This document shows, one piece after another, positions 1 through 8,765 of a stretch of 34,800 nucleotides of DNA. The notes under the pieces are model-generated. The model ran no database searches. It had not been told where the DNA came from and worked only from the letters and a program-made list of their open reading frames with translations. The DNA is from Candidatus Tayloriibacteriota bacterium (GTDB lineage: Bacteria; Patescibacteriota; Minisyncoccia; Phycocordibacterales; PALSA-1337): NCBI GenBank assembly GCA_025353045.1, contig JANXRK010000045.1, positions 1 to 34,800 on the forward strand, given 5' to 3'. Position 1 is the stretch's first letter, and each line of letters starts with the position of its first letter. Both the position numbers and the translations under genes were made by a program.

Positions 1-7
1 GCCATAA

Positions 8-129
8 ACACAAAATCCTGCCGAGGCAGGACCTTATGTAGACATTTTATATTGAAGTACTGACAGCTAAGCCAAAGGCTTTCTCGTACTCACATGATTA
101 CATTATATCGTGATGATGAAATAGTGCAA
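8..129 (-). promoter_or_regulatory. Sigma70-like promoter plus structured ~90-nt leader or sRNA ending in a terminator-like hairpin
   Basis: Minus strand: TTGCAC(129-124)-16 nt-TATAAT(107-102). Downstream are a GAGTAC/GTACTT hairpin and a 15-bp stem ACATAAGGTCCTGCC/GGCAGGATTTTGTGT (39-8), then an ATG at 5-3 running off the window. Confidence 0.5.
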
Positions 130-171
130 GGCGATTGCGTAAAGGCCATTTTTGGGGTATTTTAGTGATAT

Positions 172-245
172 TGCCGGATCGTATAAAGGTAGTACGTCGC
201 TCTCTGAAAGCGAAAATTTTGGTTCGATTCCAAGTCCGGCAGCCA
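172..245 (+). tRNA. tRNA-Gln(CTG)
   Basis: Acceptor stem TGCCGGA/TCCGGCA (U1-A72); anticodon arm TCGCT-CTCTGAA-AGCGA; T-loop TTCGATT; encoded CCA. Confidence 0.95.
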
Positions 246-309
246 ACTAGTTTTTCATACCTGGTAACCTAGAGGTATCATTTGTCGTACGAAATGTTAA
301 AATTAAATT

Positions 310-432
310 ATGAAAATCAAACTACAATTTCTATAGTACGATTTCTGGATAGGTGCTTTTTATGATCGAAATAGTAAAGTTTTATATATTTGCTCACTAT
401 CAATGTGTGTAATAAGAATTTCAAAGATATAA
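310..432 (+). pseudogene. Small phage-like hypothetical gene with an in-frame TAG
   Basis: Translates MKIKLQFL*YDFWIGAFYDRNSKVLYICSLSMCVIRISKI*. TAG at 334-336 falls where a Trp (TGG) would give a WYDxWIG motif that I recall from small phage proteins. Confidence 0.45.
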
Positions 433-466
433 TGGAAAATATTCAAGGAATCAATTCCCTCCTAAC

Positions 467-961
467 CTAAATAAAATCGGTATATCTTAAAACACTCACC
501 ACCTCCCCTTTGTCTGACCTATCAAGAACAACCACTGATTTTGCAAATTTACATTTTGTCATTTTTAAACTTTCTTTAGTTTTTCCTATACTCGTGCCCA
601 TGGTAAAAACATCATCAATAATGCATATAGTGTCCTTGTTTGTAGGAACATAACCATCAATGACTTTCTTCGTCCCATGCCCTTTGGCCACATCTCGCAC
701 GAGAACCAATGGCAGTTTCATTTTAAAAGCAACTAGAGATGCAAGGGTGATTCCTCCATATCCAGAACAGGCGATACATGTTGCTTTCTTTGGAATGAGC
801 TGGAGTAAGTGCATAATGATAGCATTGAGGATTTTTGGATCGCCGAAAGCTTGTTTTATATCACAATAGTAAGTCGAGTATTCACCATTTTTTAATTTAA
901 AATTTCCGTACTTAATGATGTGAGCTTTTTTTAGAAGATTTATAAGATTTTTAGTATTCAT
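467..961 (-). CDS. pyrE: Orotate phosphoribosyltransferase
   Basis: N-terminal GNFKLKNGEYSTYYCD, KGHGT loop and PRPP-binding IIDDVFTMGTS motif. Confidence 0.85.
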   Translation of the reverse strand: MNTKNLINLLKKAHIIKYGNFKLKNGEYSTYYCDIKQAFGDPKILNAIIMHLLQLIPKKATCIACSGYGGITLASLVAFKMKLPLVLVRDVAKGHGTKKVIDGYVPTNKDTICIIDDVFTMGTSIGKTKESLKMTKCKFAKSVVVLDRSDKGEVVSVLRYTDFI

Positions 962-984
962 AAGATAAGTATAAGATACTTTTA

Positions 985-1389
985 TTGTGGCGAAAAGTCA
1001 AAAATAAAGAATACTTTGTATTCCCTGGTGGAGGACAAGAGGTAGGAGAGACTCTTGAAGAGACAGTGTGCCGAGAGTTACTCGAAGAAACCTCAATTAT
1101 AGTTTCAGTCGAAAAGTTACTTTACAAATTGACCGATGAAAATACTGAACAAAATTTCTATCTCTGTAAATATATTTCAGGTGAACCAAAATTAGGAAAA
1201 GGTAATGAATCTATTGATACAAATGAATCAAATCAATATAAACCACTCTGGAGAAATATAGAAGAAATAGCCAGCCTTCCTGTTCTTCCGCTGGAAGTAC
1301 GAGATTGGTTTTTAGAAGATTATAAAAATAACTTTTCCTACTCTGTTCGAGAAGACTTCATTTTGACCACTGACCGTAGAAAGAAATAA
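985..1389 (+). CDS. NUDIX hydrolase, probably 5'-truncated
   Basis: Nudix box GGGQEVGETLEETVCRELLEET. TTG start; the frame stays open upstream (DKYKILL) only as far as TAA at 961-963. Confidence 0.8.
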   Translation: MWRKVKNKEYFVFPGGGQEVGETLEETVCRELLEETSIIVSVEKLLYKLTDENTEQNFYLCKYISGEPKLGKGNESIDTNESNQYKPLWRNIEEIASLPVLPLEVRDWFLEDYKNNFSYSVREDFILTTDRRKK

Positions 1390-1409
1390 TATTGATTCTT
1401 TCAAATAAA

Positions 1410-3974
1410 TCAATAACTAGTATAAGGAAGTGGGGTACCTGAATTATAAAGTGTTGACCGTTCAGACGTTCCTAGTGCTCGTGACCATATAGATAGCTGG
1501 TCCATATGAGCATCTATAGTATACCCTGCATAGAAGCCGTAGTCTGGTTCAAAATAATGTCCGAGAGAAAGATTCTGTGATGGATACGTTGAGACGGTTC
1601 CAGTATATGTAACTGAACTCACGACTCCATTGTCGATTTGAATATTTATTTGTTTTGAAGAAGCTACATGCCAAGCTACGATACGATGCCAACCTGTATC
1701 TGGACTGACATTTGCGCTATGAACAGTCTGATATGACGAACCTGTCCAGACAGAGAAATCATAGCGCAGTGGTATACCATAATTATCTCCCCATAAATAC
1801 CAGTTCCTTGGTTTTGTAACGAGATAGTAAGGATTAAAATTTAGCGAATCAAACTTAACCCATGTTTGTACACTAAAGTCTCCACTCAAATCAAAAGCTG
1901 TATCAGTAGATCCCACTTGAGTCCCAAAAGGTCCAGCTGCATATCCAGATGGAGAACTGGCAGCGGCCACAGACCCTGACAAAACTTTTGATGCATATGA
2001 GCCAACTCTATCAATAGCAGTTGTCTCATTCATTTCCCAAACCTCAATAAGGTTATCAGTGAGAAGTGGCGCTGTGACTGTGATACTTGTACTCTGAGTA
2101 GTAGTTTGACTATATCCAGTTACACGTAAAGTAAAGTTGGTTGTTCCTATGCCTGTTGGTGTACCTGTGATTGCTCCTGTTAAATAATTTAAAGTTAATC
2201 CAGATGGTAGAGAACCTGAAGAAATATCCCAAGTAAATGGACCTGTACCTGACGCAGTCGGAGTAAATGAATATGATACACCAAGTGTCGCCGCCGTTGG
2301 TGCTGAACTGGTAATCGTTGGAGTAGCATCTGTTACTCTGATAGCTCCACTTCTAAACCATGTATCAGCTAAAAGTGTATAACCTCTTTGTGTTGGATGG
2401 ACGTTATCCGTATTGAAAAAAGATGAAGGTGAGCCATCTGTAAGGTTTGCAGCTACCATTGCTGAATAATGATCAGCTAAGAAAATTCTCTTACCCGCAG
2501 CACGACGACTGATTATTTGAGCTTTTATAAAGTTATTGTATGTCTGCATTGTAGCATCACTGATAGTCTGCCCTGCTGGGAATTTTGGATAAGTACCGAT
2601 CACGTAAACAGCATCTGGATATATTGCCATTATTTCATCGAGGCCACTTGAAAAATATGTTTCTGTATCAGCCTCACTAGCACCGTAACCAATATCATTA
2701 ACTCCAGCAAGAAGATAGATCATATCAGTTGGAAATTCAGAAGTAGTAGATGCGCCACTTGAACCTGTTATAAAATCTTCAAAAGAATAAGACCCACCAG
2801 CCACCCTCCAACCAGCACCGGGCGCAGAAAAACTATGGTCATCCAAAGGTGCAGAAGGACCATTTCCAGAAAAATTAGTATGTGGCATCCATCCGACCGG
2901 TTGGTATTTACCCGAAAGATCTCCGTAATTAATATAATCATTTTGTAAATATCGACGATACCCTCCTTGACCAGAAGAACCAGCATCAGATCCCCACGTT
3001 ATACTATCTCCAAAGAACATAACCTTGAGTGGGTTACTTGCACTATATTGGGATGGAATTATCGATATACTATTTTCAGGCATATAAACACTTAGACTCA
3101 AAGAAGATAAACCTGTTGTAGTTGCTGTATTTGTAAGTGCCAATGTACTCAATCCATAATTAATAGATGTTATAGAAAATGTCTTAGTGCCACCTGCACT
3201 TTCTAGATTATCGATGATACCTGAATAAGTAAAAGTTCTAGATTTTGATGCTGGAATTGCAAAATAACCTAAAAGAGTTTTCTCCGAGGAATCACCACTC
3301 ACCGATATAGGAAAAGTGCTGACGCCGGAAAGTGGGAGACTTGATGAAGCCAGAAGTCCAGAACTGGATGTTGCAAGCGCCAGTGCTGGATTGGAAGAAA
3401 TAAATATATCCTTACTCCCAGCGGTCAGGGTAAATGAATAGCTAACATGGTATGCAGTGGTCGTTGCGTATTTATTTATAGCCGATCCGAGAGTCGCAGA
3501 AAGATTACTTATTATTGGATCACTGTTTTCGTCTGTAGCATCAGTTCTATGGTGATTTACTAAGTCAGTATTTTGATGAATAATACTAGACAGTATTGGT
3601 GACAATCTTTCAGATTGAGAATGATGAATAATACTAGACAGTATTGGTGACAATCTTTCAGATTGAGACTTTTGAGCTATTTTTGAATTTAATAAGTTAC
3701 GAGTCAGAGGACCAAAAAATCCTGTATTTGGAAGATTTACGGTCTTTTGATATTTAGAAACTGCACCCATAGTCAAATAACCAAAATACCCTTTTGCAAT
3801 ACCTTTTGGAATTACTAAAAAATTATTTTCAACCAACCAATCCTGCAATTGCGCAACATTTTTGCCGGATGAACCAAGTTTTAGACTATTGGAAAAAGAG
3901 TATGCATAAACAGTATTGAAAGTAGCACTAAGGATAAGCAGTGAGACTGCAGTTAAGTATATAGTTTTAGACAT
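1410..3974 (-). CDS. Secreted multidomain protein: signal peptide, peptidoglycan-binding domain, SGNH/GDSL hydrolase, putative Ig domain, LamG/ConA-like domain
   Basis: PG-binding motifs LKLGSSGKNVAQLQ, GYFGYLT and TGFFGPLTR; SGNH blocks GDSIT, GVND, DNVHP; Ig-like repeat LPSGLTLN..GAITGTPT; C-terminal LamG-like FSVQTWVK, WHRIVA, IDNG, MDQLSIWSRAL. Confidence 0.8.
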   Translation of the reverse strand: MSKTIYLTAVSLLILSATFNTVYAYSFSNSLKLGSSGKNVAQLQDWLVENNFLVIPKGIAKGYFGYLTMGAVSKYQKTVNLPNTGFFGPLTRNLLNSKIAQKSQSERLSPILSSIIHHSQSERLSPILSSIIHQNTDLVNHHRTDATDENSDPIISNLSATLGSAINKYATTTAYHVSYSFTLTAGSKDIFISSNPALALATSSSGLLASSSLPLSGVSTFPISVSGDSSEKTLLGYFAIPASKSRTFTYSGIIDNLESAGGTKTFSITSINYGLSTLALTNTATTTGLSSLSLSVYMPENSISIIPSQYSASNPLKVMFFGDSITWGSDAGSSGQGGYRRYLQNDYINYGDLSGKYQPVGWMPHTNFSGNGPSAPLDDHSFSAPGAGWRVAGGSYSFEDFITGSSGASTTSEFPTDMIYLLAGVNDIGYGASEADTETYFSSGLDEIMAIYPDAVYVIGTYPKFPAGQTISDATMQTYNNFIKAQIISRRAAGKRIFLADHYSAMVAANLTDGSPSSFFNTDNVHPTQRGYTLLADTWFRSGAIRVTDATPTITSSAPTAATLGVSYSFTPTASGTGPFTWDISSGSLPSGLTLNYLTGAITGTPTGIGTTNFTLRVTGYSQTTTQSTSITVTAPLLTDNLIEVWEMNETTAIDRVGSYASKVLSGSVAAASSPSGYAAGPFGTQVGSTDTAFDLSGDFSVQTWVKFDSLNFNPYYLVTKPRNWYLWGDNYGIPLRYDFSVWTGSSYQTVHSANVSPDTGWHRIVAWHVASSKQINIQIDNGVVSSVTYTGTVSTYPSQNLSLGHYFEPDYGFYAGYTIDAHMDQLSIWSRALGTSERSTLYNSGTPLPYTSY
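3574..3668. repeat. Perfect 47-bp direct repeat x2, 48-bp period, in frame
   Basis: tgatgaataatactagacagtattggtgacaatctttcagattgaga at 3574-3620 and 3622-3668; encodes SQSERLSPILSSIIH twice. Confidence 0.95.
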
Positions 3975-3998
3975 TGTTTATATGAGTCCCTTTCGTTA

Positions 3999-4832
3999 CT
4001 ATTTTACCACTTTCAATAGAATTGTCACTGTTGTTCCCTTATCGACTCCAGGTGAAGAAATCTTTAATTTTCCTGAATGTTTTTTAACTATAGAATTTGC
4101 TAAATAAAGCCCAACTCCGAAACCTTCTGTATCCATAGACTTAGCATTTTTTGCCCTAAAGAACTTTGAAAATATTCTAGGACTATCCGCAGGATCAATA
4201 CCGATTCCTTGATCTATAACAGAAACTGCCACCTTCCTTCCCTCTTTTTTAACTTGTATATCAACATTCTTCCCAGTATAACTGTAGTTTATAGCATTTT
4301 CCATAATAGTCTGAAAAACGAATTCCATTCTGGTTCTATCTATCTTCACAAAAATCTCTGGATCAGAAAAATTCGTTCCAACAAAAAGATTTTGTTCATG
4401 GAAACGAGTATTTAGAGCGTCTGTAATTTTTTTGACGAATTCACAAATATTTACTTTTTCAAATTTATAAGAGGTCAAAGCATCATCAGCAGAATCAGTG
4501 AGTTCTATGAGAGTACCAGTTAGATTTATTAGGGTTTGATTTGAATTACTTAGATTTATGAGATTTTCCTTTTTAAAAGAGTCCTTTTCAATGTCCAAAA
4601 TGCCTTCGATTATCCATTTTATCTTTGTCAGAGGTGTACGAAACTTGTGAGCGATGATAGTGATGAATTCATATTTCAAAGTTTCATAAGCAATAAGTTT
4701 TATCCAGATCATCATACATAGATAGATGATGAGTAGAATTATAAGAAGGAAAATGAAAGCCAGAGTAACTACATTCCCTCCTAAGATCTGATTTTGATCA
4801 ATAAAAATTTGATAGTTCATCGAGAGATACAT
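3999..4832 (-). CDS. Membrane sensor histidine kinase (HisKA + HATPase)
   Basis: One TM segment; H-box HKFRTPLT; N-box ENAINYS; G1 DQGIGI; F-box FSKFFR; G2 GFGVGLY. Confidence 0.9.
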   Translation of the reverse strand: MYLSMNYQIFIDQNQILGGNVVTLAFIFLLIILLIIYLCMMIWIKLIAYETLKYEFITIIAHKFRTPLTKIKWIIEGILDIEKDSFKKENLINLSNSNQTLINLTGTLIELTDSADDALTSYKFEKVNICEFVKKITDALNTRFHEQNLFVGTNFSDPEIFVKIDRTRMEFVFQTIMENAINYSYTGKNVDIQVKKEGRKVAVSVIDQGIGIDPADSPRIFSKFFRAKNAKSMDTEGFGVGLYLANSIVKKHSGKLKISSPGVDKGTTVTILLKVVK

Positions 4833-4887
4833 TTTACTATGGATAGCCTCAATTGTGTAGTGGATTGAATCCTTGCTATAATATATC

Positions 4888-4983
4888 TGATTGTTTCAAG
4901 TGTTGACGACCGGCTGTACTCACATCTTAATTTAGACATTATATTTGGAGCTAACACCCGTTCGTCAACATTCGGTGCAATCA
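4888..4983 (+). ncRNA. Candidate ~96-nt rod-shaped non-coding RNA
   Basis: TGcTATAAT at 4874-4882, followed by nested complementary segments tgattg/caatca, tgttgacga/tcgtcaaca, cgg/ccg, tgt/aca, ctc/gag. Confidence 0.45.
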
Positions 4984-5009
4984 CCTTTCAAACATGATAT
5001 AACTATGCC

Positions 5010-6029
5010 ATGTCAATCCAAAAAGATATCCTCCTCAAAGATCTAACGACTTTTCGCATTGGTGGGCCAGCCAAGCATTTTTGTGTTGTTCGAAATGAAG
5101 ATGAATTAATCGAAGCAGTTAATTTTTCAAAAAAATATAGAGTTCCCTTTTTTGTTCTGGGTGGGGGCTCAAATATTCTCGTAGCCGATGAAGGCTTTGA
5201 AGGAATCGTTATTAAGATGGAAATGAAAGGTGTTACATATAAAGAAGAAGGTACGGATGTTTTCGTGACTGCCTCAGCTGGTGAAAACTGGGATAGTTTT
5301 GTTAGTCAAATTGTCGAGAAAGGTCTTTATGGTTTAGAAAACCTTTCATATATTCCTGGAACAGTCGGTGCTGCTCCAGTCCAAAATATTGGCGCATATG
5401 GAAGTGAATTAAAAGATACGGTTATATCAGTACACGTTCTTGATGTCGTTAAAGACGAATATAAAGATCTTTCAAATACCGAATGCAAGTTTTCATATAG
5501 AGATAGTATTTTTAAAGAAGATCCAAAAAAATATATCGTACTTTCAGTTACTTTTAGACTAAGCAATCGAGGGACATTAAATATTGGTTACAAAGACGTT
5601 CAAGAATATTTTGATTTTAAAAAGATAAAGGAACCAACTCTCAAGCAAGTTCGAAATGCCGTTATCGAGATCCGCCAAAGAAAACTTCCTGATGTAAAAG
5701 AATATGGAACTGCTGGTTCGTTTTTCAAAAACGTCATTGTGCCAAATGCTCAAGCTCAAGCCCTTTTGAAAAAGTATCCTGAAATGATTTTACACAAAGT
5801 AAATGATAAAAAAGTAAAGATTCCTATCGCTTGGATTCTCGATCATGTTTGCGGTTTTAGAGGAGTGAAAAAAGGAAATGTTGGAACTTTTCGAAATCAG
5901 GCTTTAGTCCTCATAAATCATGGTGGAGCGACTGCGGCAGAGATTATTGCCCTAGCCCAAAAGATGGTTGATGAAGTATACGATAAAACAGGAATTGAGA
6001 TTGAACCAGAGGTAGAATATGTGCTATGA
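5010..6029 (+). CDS. murB: UDP-N-acetylenolpyruvoylglucosamine reductase
   Basis: Motifs TTFRIGGPA, GGGSNIL, IPGTVGAAPVQNIGAYG, FSYRDS, GTAGSFFKN, EPEV. Confidence 0.97.
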   Translation: MSIQKDILLKDLTTFRIGGPAKHFCVVRNEDELIEAVNFSKKYRVPFFVLGGGSNILVADEGFEGIVIKMEMKGVTYKEEGTDVFVTASAGENWDSFVSQIVEKGLYGLENLSYIPGTVGAAPVQNIGAYGSELKDTVISVHVLDVVKDEYKDLSNTECKFSYRDSIFKEDPKKYIVLSVTFRLSNRGTLNIGYKDVQEYFDFKKIKEPTLKQVRNAVIEIRQRKLPDVKEYGTAGSFFKNVIVPNAQAQALLKKYPEMILHKVNDKKVKIPIAWILDHVCGFRGVKKGNVGTFRNQALVLINHGGATAAEIIALAQKMVDEVYDKTGIEIEPEVEYVL

Positions 6030-6040
6030 TGCCTTCTACT

Positions 6041-8533
6041 ATGGCATTTTCATTAAAGAATATATTCGGCGATCCTAATAAGAAATTACTGAAAAAATAC
6101 GAGACTATTCCAGCACTTGTAAATACTTTTGAACCTGCTATTTCTACCCTTTCTGATGAGACTTTACGAGCCAAAACCACTGAATTTAAGACCAAACTAG
6201 CTAACGGCGATACTCTCGAATCTATCCTCCCTGAGGCCTTCGCCGTGGTCAGAGAGGCCTCAAAACGTGTTTTGAAGCAAAGACACTTCGATGTACAGCT
6301 TATAGGAGGCGCAATACTAAATAGTGGAAGTATTGCAGAGATGCGAACTGGAGAAGGAAAAACTCTTGTGGCTACTTTGCCAGCCTATCTCAATGGACTT
6401 ACAGGAAAAGGAGTTCACGTTGTAACCGTTAACGATTATCTTTCAAGACGAGACGCTGTTTGGATGGGTCAAATCTACAATTTCCTCGGACTTTCAACGG
6501 GAGTTATCAATCATGAATCGTCTTTTATGTATGATCCAAATCACAAGGAATTGGACGAGACCCGTGATGAACTCGGTTCATTCAAAGTCGTTCACGAATA
6601 CCTTCGCCCAGTCACACGACACGAAGCGTATATGGCTGATATTACGTATGGGACAAACAATGAATTCGGTTTTGACTATCTACGAGACAATTTGGAATAT
6701 GAAGAAAAAAATCTCCGACAAAGAGAATTCAATTATGCCGTTGTAGACGAAATCGATTCTATTCTTATCGATGAAGCTCGAACTCCTCTCATCATTTCTG
6801 CACCAACAACTGATTCAGAAAACCTCTATCAAATCTTTGCGGCCATGGTTCGAGATTTTGTGAAAGACGAAGACTACACTGTCGATGAAAAGCAAAGAAG
6901 TATTTCTTTGATTCCAAAGGGAATTGAAAAAGCGGAAAAGAAACTTGGCGTTGATAATATTTATACAGAAAAAGGAATAAAGTACGTTCACCATTTGGAA
7001 ACTGCAGTTAAAGCCAAGGCACTTTATAATCTAAATACAGAGTACGTGATCAAAGAAGATGGCATCGTTATCGTCGATACTTTTACAGGACGCCTTCAGC
7101 CAGGACGACGTTGGTCAGAAGGTTTGCACCAAGCGATCGAAGCCAAAGAAGGTGTAACTGTTCAAAAAGAAAGTCGAACATTTGCTTCTATTACGTTCCA
7201 AAATTACTTTAGACTATACAAGAAACTATCAGGTATGACAGGTACAGCATCAACCTCTGCTGAAGAGTTCTATAAAGTGTATGGATTGGAGACTATCATG
7301 GTTCCAACAAATAAAATTCAACAAAGAAATGATAATAATGATTTGATTTTCCAAACTGAAATAGGAAAATATAAAGCTATTGCAAAGAAAGTTAAAGAAT
7401 TAAATAAAGCTGGCCAGCCAGTACTTATTGGTACAGTTTCTATAGAAAAAAATGAAGTGTTATCTGATTTTCTAAAAGCTGAAGGTGTTCCACATGAAAT
7501 TCTAAATGCCAAGAACCACGAACGTGAAGGAGAGATCATCGCTCAAGCAGGTAAAAAAGGTGCGGTGACTATTGCCACAAACATGGCAGGTCGAGGAGTG
7601 GATATTAAGCTTGGAGGCAATCCTGGAGGAAAGGATGTGTATGAAGAAATAAAATCAATTGGAGGTCTCTTTGTTCTTGGAACAGAACGACACGAAGCTC
7701 GACGAATCGACAATCAGCTTCGAGGACGATCAGGTCGTCAGGGTGATCCAGGTGCAACACAATTCTTCGTATCGCTCGAAGACTCTCTCATGCGTGTCTT
7801 TGCTTCAGATACCGTTAAAAGTCTGATGGGTAAACTTGGCGTTGCCGAAGATGAAGCAATCGAAAATCGTATTATCACCAGGTCTCTCGAAAGTGCTCAG
7901 TCAAAGATTGAAGGCTTTAATTTTGATTCTCGAAAGCACATCTTGGAATACGATGATATTTTGAACCATCAAAGAAAAACCGTATATGAACGACGACGAG
8001 CAATCCTTCTTGGAACTCCAGAAGTAGTAGAAACGAAAATTATGGAAGTAATTGGTGACAATGCAGATCTAAAGAAAATTGTTCGGGAAAAAATAGATCT
8101 ACTTTCAAAAGAGCGCTTCCTTGCAGTGGTTAGACAGCTTATGCTCCAATCTATCGATACATTCTGGGTTGAACATCTAGAAGTTATGGATTATACGCGA
8201 TCATCAGTAAACCTACGAGCATACGGTCAAAGAGATCCTTTGGTTGAATACAAGAAAGAGGGCTTGCGCCTTTTCAAAGAAATGCAGGCCGCGATCAACA
8301 ATCAAATCGTCAATCTCCTACCCCACGTTGGTGGCGGAATAATAACTCCAGAGGCAGTTGAGCTCAAAGAAGTGCATGAGAATGCGCAAAGTATTACAGG
8401 TGAGACAAATCAACATGAACAGACTCAAGCTCCAAAGAAGCCAGAAGTTGGAAGAAATGACCCTTGCCCTTGTGGATCAGGCCTTAAATACAAAAAGTGC
8501 GGAATGATACATGCTCCAGAGCATAAGAAATAA
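6041..8533 (+). CDS. secA: Preprotein translocase ATPase SecA
   Basis: MRTGEGKT Walker A; VDEIDSILIDEARTPLIIS; QLRGRSGRQGDPG; C-terminal SEC-C GRNDPCPCGSG. Start could be 6026, 6029 or 6041. Confidence 0.98.
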   Translation: MAFSLKNIFGDPNKKLLKKYETIPALVNTFEPAISTLSDETLRAKTTEFKTKLANGDTLESILPEAFAVVREASKRVLKQRHFDVQLIGGAILNSGSIAEMRTGEGKTLVATLPAYLNGLTGKGVHVVTVNDYLSRRDAVWMGQIYNFLGLSTGVINHESSFMYDPNHKELDETRDELGSFKVVHEYLRPVTRHEAYMADITYGTNNEFGFDYLRDNLEYEEKNLRQREFNYAVVDEIDSILIDEARTPLIISAPTTDSENLYQIFAAMVRDFVKDEDYTVDEKQRSISLIPKGIEKAEKKLGVDNIYTEKGIKYVHHLETAVKAKALYNLNTEYVIKEDGIVIVDTFTGRLQPGRRWSEGLHQAIEAKEGVTVQKESRTFASITFQNYFRLYKKLSGMTGTASTSAEEFYKVYGLETIMVPTNKIQQRNDNNDLIFQTEIGKYKAIAKKVKELNKAGQPVLIGTVSIEKNEVLSDFLKAEGVPHEILNAKNHEREGEIIAQAGKKGAVTIATNMAGRGVDIKLGGNPGGKDVYEEIKSIGGLFVLGTERHEARRIDNQLRGRSGRQGDPGATQFFVSLEDSLMRVFASDTVKSLMGKLGVAEDEAIENRIITRSLESAQSKIEGFNFDSRKHILEYDDILNHQRKTVYERRRAILLGTPEVVETKIMEVIGDNADLKKIVREKIDLLSKERFLAVVRQLMLQSIDTFWVEHLEVMDYTRSSVNLRAYGQRDPLVEYKKEGLRLFKEMQAAINNQIVNLLPHVGGGIITPEAVELKEVHENAQSITGETNQHEQTQAPKKPEVGRNDPCPCGSGLKYKKCGMIHAPEHKK

Positions 8534-8601
8534 GATAAAAAGAAAGACGATCAAAAAGAAGATCGCCGCTGGAAAAAATAATCATTTATAACCCTTACAG
8601 T

Positions 8602-8635
8602 AAACACCTTATCGTGTACCCCCGATAAGGTGTTT
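8602..8635. terminator. Probable bidirectional terminator between convergent secA and pyrG
   Basis: Perfect 13-bp inverted repeat aaacaccttatcg/cgataaggtgttt with an 8-nt loop. Confidence 0.7.
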
Positions 8636-8765
8636 CTGCAGATAGAAAAACAAACTCAAACATGAACATTTGTTATATCGACCTTATAACTTCTTTATCG
8701 TAGCAAAAGGAGATGAAATCCTAATAAAAAATCAATAAAATCTAAATAAAAAATTTATCAGAATT

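Noticed and set aside
172..432. Amber recoding (in-frame TAG next to a tRNA-Gln)
   Set aside because: The anticodon is CTG, not CTA, and TAG acts as a stop elsewhere (e.g. pyrE, the major pilin). A TGG-to-TAG nonsense mutation is simpler.
3574..3668. CRISPR array or DGR template/variable repeat
   Set aside because: Only two adjacent identical copies with no spacer, no A-specific mismatches, and no cas or reverse transcriptase gene in the window.
86..4925. Shared 10-mer gtactcacat in both candidate RNAs (86-95 and 4916-4925)
   Set aside because: Too short to exclude chance, and no flanking similarity.
4888..4983. SRP RNA or tRNA identity for the hairpin
   Set aside because: No helix-8 GNRA/AGCAG motif and no cloverleaf on either strand.
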